This document shows positions 1 through 6,638 of a DNA stretch of 32,000 nucleotides, piece by piece. A program made the position numbers and the translations under genes. A model generated the notes under the pieces. That model was not told where the DNA came from. It did not search any database and saw nothing but the letters and a program-made list of their open reading frames with translations. This DNA comes from Candidatus Iainarchaeum sp. (GTDB taxonomy: Archaea > Iainarchaeota > Iainarchaeia > Iainarchaeales > 0-14-0-20-30-16), in contig JAQTTP010000007.1 of assembly GCA_028710695.1 (NCBI GenBank), positions 1-32,000 on the forward strand, given 5' to 3'. The first letter of the stretch is position 1. Each line of letters opens with the position of its first letter.

Positions 1-237
1 GACAATGATGGGCATAATCTTACAAAAGACGGAAAAGAAATTCTTCCAAAAAAAATAAAAATTGGAAATAATGTTTGGCTTGGGAGAAATGTTTCTGTAT
101 TAAAAGGAGTTACAATTGGGAATAATGTTGTAATTGGGGCTGGAAGTATTGTGACAAAAGATATTCCATCAAATTGTATTGCTGCAGGAAACCCAGCAAA
201 AGTAATCTATAAAGGCAAAGTAGAATGGAGCAGGTAA
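1..237 (+). CDS. Hexapeptide-repeat (left-handed beta-helix) acetyltransferase, C-terminal fragment; the 5' end lies outside the window
   Basis: Frame 1 is open from base 1 to TAA at 235-237. It is absent from the ORF track because it has no in-window start. The translation ...[51 protein letters not shown]... shows hexad [LIV]-G repeats and the AAGNPAK tail typical of sugar O-acetyltransferases. Confidence 0.7.
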   Translation, partial: DNDGHNLTKDGKEILPKKIKIGNNVWLGRNVSVLKGVTIGNNVVIGAGSIVTKDIPSNCIAAGNPAKVIYKGKVEWSR

Positions 238-579
238 TTAAAAAATTAATTTGTCTCCTTCTTTTATTCTATTTTCATATTTCTCTGGCAGTTCTAAAAC
301 ATATCTTGCTGGTGCTTTAGGAGAATAGAATCTCCATGGTTTTGCAATCTTTGAATCCACCACTTTCTTATTAGAATCCAAAAAAACTAAAAAAATCGGA
401 AAGAAAACAAACATCATATGTATAGATGAACGATATTTACTTTCATAGCCCATATCAAAAATTAAACAATAATCGAAATCTTTTTTACAAGCAAACATCA
501 AGCCTTTTGCTTTTTGGAAAGCAGTTCTTGCATGCCTTGTTTGAATTATAGATTTATTTTTTGTTTCATTAAATAGCAT
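238..579 (-). CDS. DUF192-family protein (COG1430-like)
   Basis: 113 aa. The motifs ...FQKAKGLMF..., ...FLVFLDSNKKVV... and ...ARYVLELP...GDKL match remembered DUF192 hallmarks. GGTGG lies a few nt upstream of the ATG. It follows the preceding minus-strand gene with a 10-nt gap. Confidence 0.6.
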   Translation of the reverse strand: MLFNETKNKSIIQTRHARTAFQKAKGLMFACKKDFDYCLIFDMGYESKYRSSIHMMFVFFPIFLVFLDSNKKVVDSKIAKPWRFYSPKAPARYVLELPEKYENRIKEGDKLIF

Positions 580-589
580 AAGACCACCA

Positions 590-796
590 TCATCTTACTT
601 CTTCTATCCTAGGGACATCTAGTTTCTCAACCATTTTCTTAGAAATGGCTAAAGCAAGTTTGATTTCATTAAAAACAGGCTTTGATTTTGTTTGGCTTTT
701 TTTAGGCTTTATCTTTGGATTTGTTTTTTTAGTTGTTGGCACTTTTTTTAGGACTTTCTTTTTAACCTCTTTTTTAGTAATTTTCTTTTTTGCCAT
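590..796 (-). CDS. Small lysine-rich basic protein, function unknown
   Basis: The track ORF starts at a TTG (799); the first ATG is at 796. The N-terminal half is K/T/P-rich. The C-terminal half (PVFNEIKLALAISKKMVEKLDVPRIEEVR) is not low-complexity. A TATA-like TTTTATATAC on the minus strand lies about 27 nt upstream of the ATG, suggesting a leaderless transcript. Confidence 0.45.
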   Translation of the reverse strand: MAKKKITKKEVKKKVLKKVPTTKKTNPKIKPKKSQTKSKPVFNEIKLALAISKKMVEKLDVPRIEEVR

Positions 797-841
797 CAAT
801 AGATAAACATCTTAAGAGTATATAAAATTAGCTTTGCAAAA

Positions 842-1429
842 TCAATGCAGCCCAATTTGGTCTTTTATTTTTTTCATTGCATCGATTGCCAGCACAAAAA
901 ATTCTTCCAAAGGCAGACCAGCCAATTCAATTTCTTTAATTATGTCTCTATTACAATTTTCCGCAAATTTTTTGTCTTTAAATTTTTTCTTTAACCCACT
1001 GGCATCCATTGTAGAAATATCTCTTCCTCTCATTAAAGCATAGGCAAAAATAATTCCCGTCAGGGTCTCAGCAGCGGCAAGGCAATAATGGATTCTTAAA
1101 CTTCTTTTTTTGTCCTTTAAAGCAGGGATTACTTCATAGCCATACCCATGAGATTGCACTGTTTCAATAAATTTGTCATCAAAACCCTTGCTCTTTAACA
1201 GATCCACTGCTTTTATGCAGTGTTCACTACAATTATTTTTTGTTAAAGCCCAATCAACATCATGCAATAATCCAAGCAGCCCCCAATACTCCACATTGTC
1301 ATTAAACTTTTCAGCCAATGCCCGCATTATTGCTTCGCTTTCTAAATAATGATTAAAATCAGATTCAAGTTGCGGCATACTCTTAAGCCATGATATTGCT
1401 TCTTCCCTAGTAATTGGCAATGCATCCAT
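842..1429 (-). CDS. HD-domain metal-dependent phosphohydrolase (COG2316-like)
   Basis: 195 aa. It contains LLGLLHDVDW (the HD dyad) plus downstream His residues (QSHGYGYE, RIHYCLAA). AAGGTG lies 7 nt upstream of the ATG. Confidence 0.7.
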   Translation of the reverse strand: MDALPITREEAISWLKSMPQLESDFNHYLESEAIMRALAEKFNDNVEYWGLLGLLHDVDWALTKNNCSEHCIKAVDLLKSKGFDDKFIETVQSHGYGYEVIPALKDKKRSLRIHYCLAAAETLTGIIFAYALMRGRDISTMDASGLKKKFKDKKFAENCNRDIIKEIELAGLPLEEFFVLAIDAMKKIKDQIGLH

Positions 1430-1530
1430 ATTTACACCTTATAAATGAATTTCAGATTTTATTCTGATTCTTTCTTTTTGACAAACGGGGGCTTTATGCC
1501 CCAATGTTTTTTCTTTGGGGGAACTTACGG

Positions 1531-1559
1531 CTTTCTTTCTTTTCCAAAAAGAAAGAAAG
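1531..1559. repeat. Perfect 13-bp palindromic hairpin (CTTTCTTTCTTTT-CCA-AAAAGAAAGAAAG), 8 nt beyond the 3' end of tRNA-Ser
   Basis: Read directly from the sequence. A homologous hairpin sits in the same position relative to tRNA-Glu (29675-29699). Both strands present a T-run, so it could act as a bidirectional oligo-T terminator. Confidence 0.7.
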
Positions 1560-1566
1560 GCATAGA

Positions 1567-1650
1567 CGCAGGGAGTGGGATTCGAACCCACGCCTCCTTG
1601 CGGAGACCGGCTTTCCAGACCGGCGCGTTGAACCACTTCGCTACCCCTGC
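1567..1650 (-). tRNA. tRNA-Ser (anticodon GGA), class II with long variable arm, no encoded CCA
   Basis: Minus-strand fold done by hand. Acceptor GCAGGGG/TCCCTGC. D arm GCG..CGC. Anticodon stem CCGGT/GCCGG with loop CTGGAAA. Variable arm CTCC-GCAA-GGAG. T arm GTGGG-TTCGAAT-CCCAC. Discriminator G. Confidence 0.9.
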
Positions 1651-1675
1651 AATCTTTCTTTCCAAAAGAAAGATT
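1651..1675. repeat. Perfect 11-bp palindromic hairpin (AATCTTTCTTT-CCA-AAAGAAAGATT) directly abutting the 5' end of tRNA-Ser
   Basis: Read directly from the sequence. It has the same core and the same CCA/TGG loop as the hairpin at 1531-1559, so the tRNA is bracketed by twin palindromes. Confidence 0.7.
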
Positions 1676-1692
1676 AGCCTCACAAAGAAAGG

Positions 1693-1723
1693 GTACCACA
1701 CAAGGTGGTACAGTGCTTCGCAC
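1693..1723 (-). other. Conserved two-hairpin module, copy 1 (candidate structured RNA or protein-binding element upstream of tRNA-Ser)
   Basis: Minus strand: GTGC-GAA-GCAC, T, GTACCAC-CTTGT-GTGGTAC. Copy 2 at 29887-29918 has the same architecture and two compensatory base-pair changes. Confidence 0.55.
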
Positions 1724-1843
1724 ATTAAAACAAGAATCAAAGCAAATAACCAGCCAAAAAACACCCATACAAAAAAATACAGGATAGAATTTGACTCCTA
1801 TAAGGCTTTTCACCCTATTTTATATTATATCTATATTGTAGAT

Positions 1844-1862
1844 AATATATAAAAAAGCATTA
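1844..1862 (+). promoter_or_regulatory. TATA-like promoter motif AATATATAAAAAAGCATTA upstream of valS
   Basis: Nearly identical to AATATATAAAAAGCATTA at 10714-10731 upstream of tldD. A second TATA-like TATTATAA at 1875-1882 lies about 28 nt before the alternative start at 1907. Confidence 0.4.
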
Positions 1863-1894
1863 CTTCATTATTTGTATTATAAGTTATACTAACT

Positions 1895-4276
1895 ATGGTG
1901 TCAATTATGGAACAAAATAAGTATCAACAAGAATCAGTATTAACCGAAAAAACCTGGACAAAAGAAATGGAAATTGAACGAGCAAAAAAGATTTTTTCCA
2001 AAGAAAGAACCAAGTTCAATCCAAAAACAAAAAAGAAGATCTATTCTATTGACACACCACCTCCATTCATAAACGCCCCAATCCACATAGGGCATGCAAC
2101 AACATATGTCCTAATGGATATGTTTGCAAGATACAAAAAACAAAAGGGCTTTGAAGTAATATTCCCTTTAGGCCTAGACAGAAACGGCCTGCCAATAGAA
2201 GTAGCTGCAGAAAAGAAATTTAATGTAAAACTTACAACTCTGAGCAGGGAAAAGGCACTAGAATACTGTGAAAAAGTTCTTGCAGAAACATCTTTAGCAT
2301 CAACAAATGCCTTCAAAGGCTTAGCAATTGAATTCAACTCATACCAGCTTGGGCCAAATGTTGGAGATGCTTATTACACAGACATGGAAGATTACAGAAT
2401 ACTAACACAAGCAACATTCATAGAACTTTGGAATAAAGGGCTTATTTATGAAGACGAAAGAATAAATAATTGGGATCCTGCTTTACAGACAACAATTGCA
2501 GACTCAGAAATAGATTACAAGGATATTGAAACCTTATTCAATGATATTAAATTCAAATGCAAAGAAACCGGCGAAGATTTGATTATTGGAACAACAAGAC
2601 CGGAGCTTATCTCTTCTTGTGGAATGGTAATCTTCAATCCTGAAGATAAAAGATACAAACAACTAAACGGAAAAACTGCAATAACTCCAATCTACAACAG
2701 AGAAGTAAAAATAAAGGCAGATCCTTCTGCAAAAATAGATAAAGGAACTGGTCTAGCAATGATGTGTTCTGCAGGAGACTTAAGCGATATTAGATTTTTC
2801 AGAGATAATAACATAAAACCAATAATTAGCATAAACAAAGATGGCACAATGAACAAAAATGCTGGCTTCTTAGAAGGATTAAAAGTAAAAGAAGCAAGGC
2901 AAAAAATGATTGAAGAGTTAGAAGCAAAAGACTTACTAGTTAGCAAAAGAAAAGTCATGCACACAATACCAATAAGTGAAAGATCGAAAGCGGAAATAGA
3001 GTTCATATCTATGAAAGAATATTACATGAAACAGATGCAAGTAAAAGATAAAATTATGGAAATTGCAAAAGAAACAAAGATTTATTCTGAGAATTCAAGA
3101 CAATTACTAATAGACTGGATTAATTCTGTAAATATGGATTGGCCAATATCAAGAAGAAGATACTATGGAACTGAGATTCCACTATGGTTTTGTGAGAAGT
3201 GCGGTTATGTATACTTGCCAAAACCTGGAAAATACTACAGACCATGGAAAGAGAGCCCAGATATAAAAGAATGCCCCGAATGTAAGCACAAGAAATTCAT
3301 AGGAGAGACAAGAATTTTTGACACATGGTTTGATTCATCCTCAAGCCCACAGTTCATCTTGGGCTATTACAAAGATAGAAAGTTCTATGACAAGAATACT
3401 CCCTGCTCCCTAAGGCCGCAAGGAAAAGAGATAATCAGAACTTGGTTATATTATACTCTATTAAAATCATACTTACTAAATGGAAAAAACATCTTTGATG
3501 CTATCTGGATAAACCACCACATCCTAGACGGAAAGGGTATAAAAATGTCAAAGTCTTTAGGCAACACTATAGACCCACAAGAAGTTATTGCGAAGTATGG
3601 TTGTGAACCATTTAGATTATGGGCTTGTCTAGAGGGAAACATCACAAACTCAGACATGATGTGTTCATACGACAGGATAAGCGGAGCAACAAAGACAATA
3701 ATCAAACTTTGGAATGTTGCTAAGTTCATATCATCTTTCAAAAGGACTGACAAAGCAACCCTTACAGAAGTTGATAAAAGCATTCTTACAGATTTAGATA
3801 GCTTAATTAAAGAATCAGAAAAATCATTTGAAGAGTACGATTTCCACAACCCTTCAAAAGCAATAAAGCATTTTATCTGGGAAGACTTAGCATCCCACTA
3901 CCTAGAAATTGCAAAGAAAAGAATTTATTCTTTGGATATGGAGGACAAAAGCAAGGAGGCAGCAATATACACATTATATACAGTTCTTGAAAAGTTGCTA
4001 GTTTTGCTACATCCAATAAATCCTCTTATAACAGAAGAGATCTATTCAAACCTTTATAAGAAAGAGATTTGCTTAGAAAGTTTCCCAGAACTTGAAAACA
4101 TAAAATCCAAAGTAGAGTTCAGCGATATAATAAAAATAAATACAGAAATTTGGAAATACAAACAAGAGAACACAATAAAGAATATAGAAACATTGGAAAG
4201 CTACAAGATCCCAAAAGAACTCGAAGCAGTAAAAGAAGACATTGCATTATTGCATAACATAAAAACAGTTAAGTGA
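1895..4276 (+). CDS. valS: Valyl-tRNA synthetase (class I, archaeal type)
   Basis: 793 aa. HIGH region PPPFINAPIHIGHA...PLGLDRNGLPIE. Editing-domain signature GTTRPELISSCG..NPEDKRY (ValRS ATTRPET-like). KMSKS motif as KMSKSLGN. An alternative start is the ATG at 1907 (MEQNKY). Confidence 0.8.
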   Translation: MVSIMEQNKYQQESVLTEKTWTKEMEIERAKKIFSKERTKFNPKTKKKIYSIDTPPPFINAPIHIGHATTYVLMDMFARYKKQKGFEVIFPLGLDRNGLPIEVAAEKKFNVKLTTLSREKALEYCEKVLAETSLASTNAFKGLAIEFNSYQLGPNVGDAYYTDMEDYRILTQATFIELWNKGLIYEDERINNWDPALQTTIADSEIDYKDIETLFNDIKFKCKETGEDLIIGTTRPELISSCGMVIFNPEDKRYKQLNGKTAITPIYNREVKIKADPSAKIDKGTGLAMMCSAGDLSDIRFFRDNNIKPIISINKDGTMNKNAGFLEGLKVKEARQKMIEELEAKDLLVSKRKVMHTIPISERSKAEIEFISMKEYYMKQMQVKDKIMEIAKETKIYSENSRQLLIDWINSVNMDWPISRRRYYGTEIPLWFCEKCGYVYLPKPGKYYRPWKESPDIKECPECKHKKFIGETRIFDTWFDSSSSPQFILGYYKDRKFYDKNTPCSLRPQGKEIIRTWLYYTLLKSYLLNGKNIFDAIWINHHILDGKGIKMSKSLGNTIDPQEVIAKYGCEPFRLWACLEGNITNSDMMCSYDRISGATKTIIKLWNVAKFISSFKRTDKATLTEVDKSILTDLDSLIKESEKSFEEYDFHNPSKAIKHFIWEDLASHYLEIAKKRIYSLDMEDKSKEAAIYTLYTVLEKLLVLLHPINPLITEEIYSNLYKKEICLESFPELENIKSKVEFSDIIKINTEIWKYKQENTIKNIETLESYKIPKELEAVKEDIALLHNIKTVK

Positions 4277-4280
4277 GATT

Positions 4281-5258
4281 ATGCCAAGAAAAAGAATGCC
4301 GAGATATGAAGTTAAACACCATGAAAAGCCATTAGTAGATCTTGTTGTACAACATTCAACGTATGTTTTTCCAAAGGAATTACACAGCGCAGTAGATTAT
4401 AACATTAAAGAAATTTCTACAGTGTTCTCAAGAGCAGGAACACAAGATTTGGGCCGTGAGCTAGAGGGGTTCCGTAGAATACTATTTGATGGGTTTAACA
4501 TTGACCAACTAGATATAGGTAGCCAAAAGCAGGTATTAGCATGGGTAAAAAGAAAAATCTTCGAACTTGGGCGATTACCTACTAAGGAAGAAATTCTAGA
4601 ACACAGGCTTGCAAAATTGAACCATGATCAAAAAAATAGAAAAAGAATTCTTGAAAACAAAGAGGTATTACAAAAACAACTAGATTCAAAAATAGAACTT
4701 ATTATGGCTGAAGCAGGGCACTATAAAATTAATCTTGCTCTTGCAAAAAAAGCTTATTTTAGCAAAGATCCCAGAATTTCAGTTGAAGATATACAAAAAA
4801 TGATAAGTCGTGAAGTACAAGAGGGAAAAACAGGGGCCCTCATAAAACAAGGCATTATCTTTGCGCCAACTAAGAAATGGCAAAATCCAAGTGTAAGAAG
4901 CAGAGTAATCAGAGCAATGGCAGAGGTGTTGGGTTTAAGACATTTCGAACTCAATGGTTTCTATTTTGAATTATTCGGCCTAAGACCATTACTTCGGTTT
5001 TATGGCTCAAGCCCAGGAAAAGCAGTAGTAGAAGCTTTTGGATTAAAGCCGTGGGAAGCTAGTAAAGTAAATGTTGGATTTTTTAAACCAAGAAATACCA
5101 GAGTCGAAGCAATGAAATGGTTAATACAAAAAACAGGAAAAACTCTTGATGAACTAATTATAGACGACCTTTTAAACGGTGGCTTAAGTGGGCTACTCAG
5201 AGGTTATGGAAATAATCTAACAGTTCTTAAAAAAGACCTTGCCCCCCATCTCAAGTAA
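4281..5258 (+). CDS. Hypothetical protein, translationally coupled to valS
   Basis: 325 aa. The ATG lies 4 nt after the valS stop. The N-terminus is basic (MPRKRMPRYEVKHH). The segments ...KIFELGRLPTKEEIL... and ...LRFYGSSPGKAVVEAFGLKPWE... loosely recall the homing-endonuclease-associated repeat pattern (ELGRxPT ... FGSW..A..AAGL). This is a weak, memory-based resemblance. Confidence 0.6.
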   Translation: MPRKRMPRYEVKHHEKPLVDLVVQHSTYVFPKELHSAVDYNIKEISTVFSRAGTQDLGRELEGFRRILFDGFNIDQLDIGSQKQVLAWVKRKIFELGRLPTKEEILEHRLAKLNHDQKNRKRILENKEVLQKQLDSKIELIMAEAGHYKINLALAKKAYFSKDPRISVEDIQKMISREVQEGKTGALIKQGIIFAPTKKWQNPSVRSRVIRAMAEVLGLRHFELNGFYFELFGLRPLLRFYGSSPGKAVVEAFGLKPWEASKVNVGFFKPRNTRVEAMKWLIQKTGKTLDELIIDDLLNGGLSGLLRGYGNNLTVLKKDLAPHLK

Positions 5259-5469
5259 TACTGGAAGTATTGGGGGTAATTACCCCAAAAACACACAGTA
5301 ATTACAGTTCTTACCCAGACCGGATTTCATTAACTTTCTTAATTTCATTACCATAATTACCAACTTTCCTAACCAATTATTAACTTTTGGTTTGTATTTG
5401 TTAACCAAACAACATATAGCCAACATAGTCCATATTAATTAGTATACTATACGCCGAGGAGGTGTTGCG

Positions 5470-5739
5470 ATGGATAAGATTATTTTATCATTTGAAGAGT
5501 TGTTTACAAAGTACAAGAATATTTTAAGTCTAAAAGAATTAGTTGATTTTTCAAAACAGTTGGCTGATGCCGGCTACAACCTAGCAATTGGAAAAGATAA
5601 AGATATAGTAAACCCAATTAGCAAACCAGGAGTTGGGCTTTTCGACAGCATAAGAAGAATGGGCAACGGAAATAAAGAAATTGAATTAACTCCGGGCCAA
5701 GAATATATGTACAGATGGAAAGAGCCATGGAAGTTCTAA
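5470..5739 (+). CDS. Hypothetical small protein
   Basis: 89 aa. A strong SD (GAGGAGGTG) ends about 6 nt before the ATG. The stop codon lies in the loop of a 9-bp hairpin. I recognise no motif. Confidence 0.55.
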   Translation: MDKIILSFEELFTKYKNILSLKELVDFSKQLADAGYNLAIGKDKDIVNPISKPGVGLFDSIRRMGNGNKEIELTPGQEYMYRWKEPWKF

Positions 5740-5749
5740 GACTTCCATG
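5726..5749. terminator. 9-bp hairpin (CATGGAAGT-TCTAAG-ACTTCCATG) between convergent genes
   Basis: A perfect inverted repeat spanning the stop codon of 5470-5739 and lying 10 nt from the stop of the convergent gene at 5760. The flanking T-runs are weak. Confidence 0.4.
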
Positions 5750-5759
5750 TATTTCCCCC

Positions 5760-6602
5760 TTATTCTATTTTTTTTATTATATCAACAACAAATTCTAGAG
5801 AGCCATCATTAAGGATAAGGACATCATACACTTTCTTATAAGCCTCAAGTTTACTACCGTCATCCAAAAACCCAATTTTCAAAACAACTTTGTGTTCTAA
5901 CCCATCAGCCATTGTTGTGTCTCCAAGGGAATCCCCTAGAAGAATTACATTCTTTCTATCCTTTATTTTTGAAAAATGTTTATCTTTGGCAACAGCAATT
6001 TCCCCTTTATTATCTGAGTGTATTATTTTCCCTTTGTACCCTGTTATTCTTCCCGAGGCATCATAATTATAGAAGTTTGAAATTATTGAAATGTCTTTAT
6101 GTAGCAGGCCTTTGGATTCAAAAAAATACTGGATTACATCTCCAATTCCTGCAGAGAAAACAAGCAGAGGAACCCCATTATCTTTTAGAACATTAATAAA
6201 TTTGTCTATGCTATCTCTAAATTTCATTTTATACTTTGTATCTCGACAAAGTTTATCAACTACATTTTTAGTTAGCCCTTTTTCTATGTGCAAATCAAGG
6301 TGTTCCTGCCACCAAGCCTCCATTTTTTTTATTTTTTCTTTAACTGAAAGGGTGTGATCATTCTCAAAAGGACTATATTTGTCATACAAGGCATGGGCTT
6401 TCTCAATATAGTCTTTATCCAAATAGTCATCTTCCCTAAGAAGAGCAATAACAGACTTAAAATCTTTGCCATTCACCTTAGCAGTAGTTAGTGTTTTATC
6501 AAAATCAGCAATTATATGTAGGTTGTCAAGCCCACCCTTCTTTATTTGTTCAACTTTCCTATTGAACTCCTTTTCATTGACTATAACAACATTATCTTTC
6601 AT
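5760..6602 (-). CDS. HAD-superfamily pyrimidine 5'-nucleotidase of the eukaryotic cN-III / UMPH-1 (P5N-1) family
   Basis: 280 aa. From memory it aligns along its length with human NT5C3: IIADFDKTLT (motif I), VPLLVFSAGIGDVI, ISNFYNYDASGRITGYKGKIIHSDNK, NVILLGDSLGDTTMADG, KIGFLDD, YDVLILNDGSLEFVVDIIKKI. Confidence 0.8.
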   Translation of the reverse strand: MKDNVVIVNEKEFNRKVEQIKKGGLDNLHIIADFDKTLTTAKVNGKDFKSVIALLREDDYLDKDYIEKAHALYDKYSPFENDHTLSVKEKIKKMEAWWQEHLDLHIEKGLTKNVVDKLCRDTKYKMKFRDSIDKFINVLKDNGVPLLVFSAGIGDVIQYFFESKGLLHKDISIISNFYNYDASGRITGYKGKIIHSDNKGEIAVAKDKHFSKIKDRKNVILLGDSLGDTTMADGLEHKVVLKIGFLDDGSKLEAYKKVYDVLILNDGSLEFVVDIIKKIE

Positions 6603-6638
6603 ATAGATCTATAGTTATAGAATTATATTTAGTATTTA

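Noticed and set aside
834-1043. Antisense ORFs inside well-supported genes. Examples: 834-1043, 2041-2337, 3451-3849, 6915-7181, 7893-8141, 8296-8577, 19679-20023, 22442-22795, 23008-23382, 31263-31526, 31641-31934
   Set aside because: Each lies opposite a gene with strong family motifs. The translations are Phe/Leu/Ser/Ile-rich mirror-frame products without start signals.
1531-1675. Bulge-helix-bulge (splicing-endonuclease) processing stem formed by tRNA-Ser leader and trailer
   Set aside because: The possible 9-bp leader-trailer helix is separated from the acceptor stem by an asymmetric 3-nt/8-nt internal loop. This is not two 3-nt bulges spaced by 4 bp. The tRNA-Glu flanks cannot form an equivalent helix.
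1439-1852. Three overlapping track ORFs (1439-1813 minus, 1445-1852 plus, 1525-1764 minus) of 79-135 aa
   Set aside because: They span tRNA-Ser and its palindromic flanks. Their translations are low-complexity with no motifs and no SD or TATA context. The region is explained by the tRNA and the hairpin modules.
5259-5469. Replication origin
   Set aside because: The short repeats do not match the ORB/mini-ORB core (…CCAGTGGAAA…). There is no orc1/cdc6 gene in the window and no long A/T-only unwinding element.
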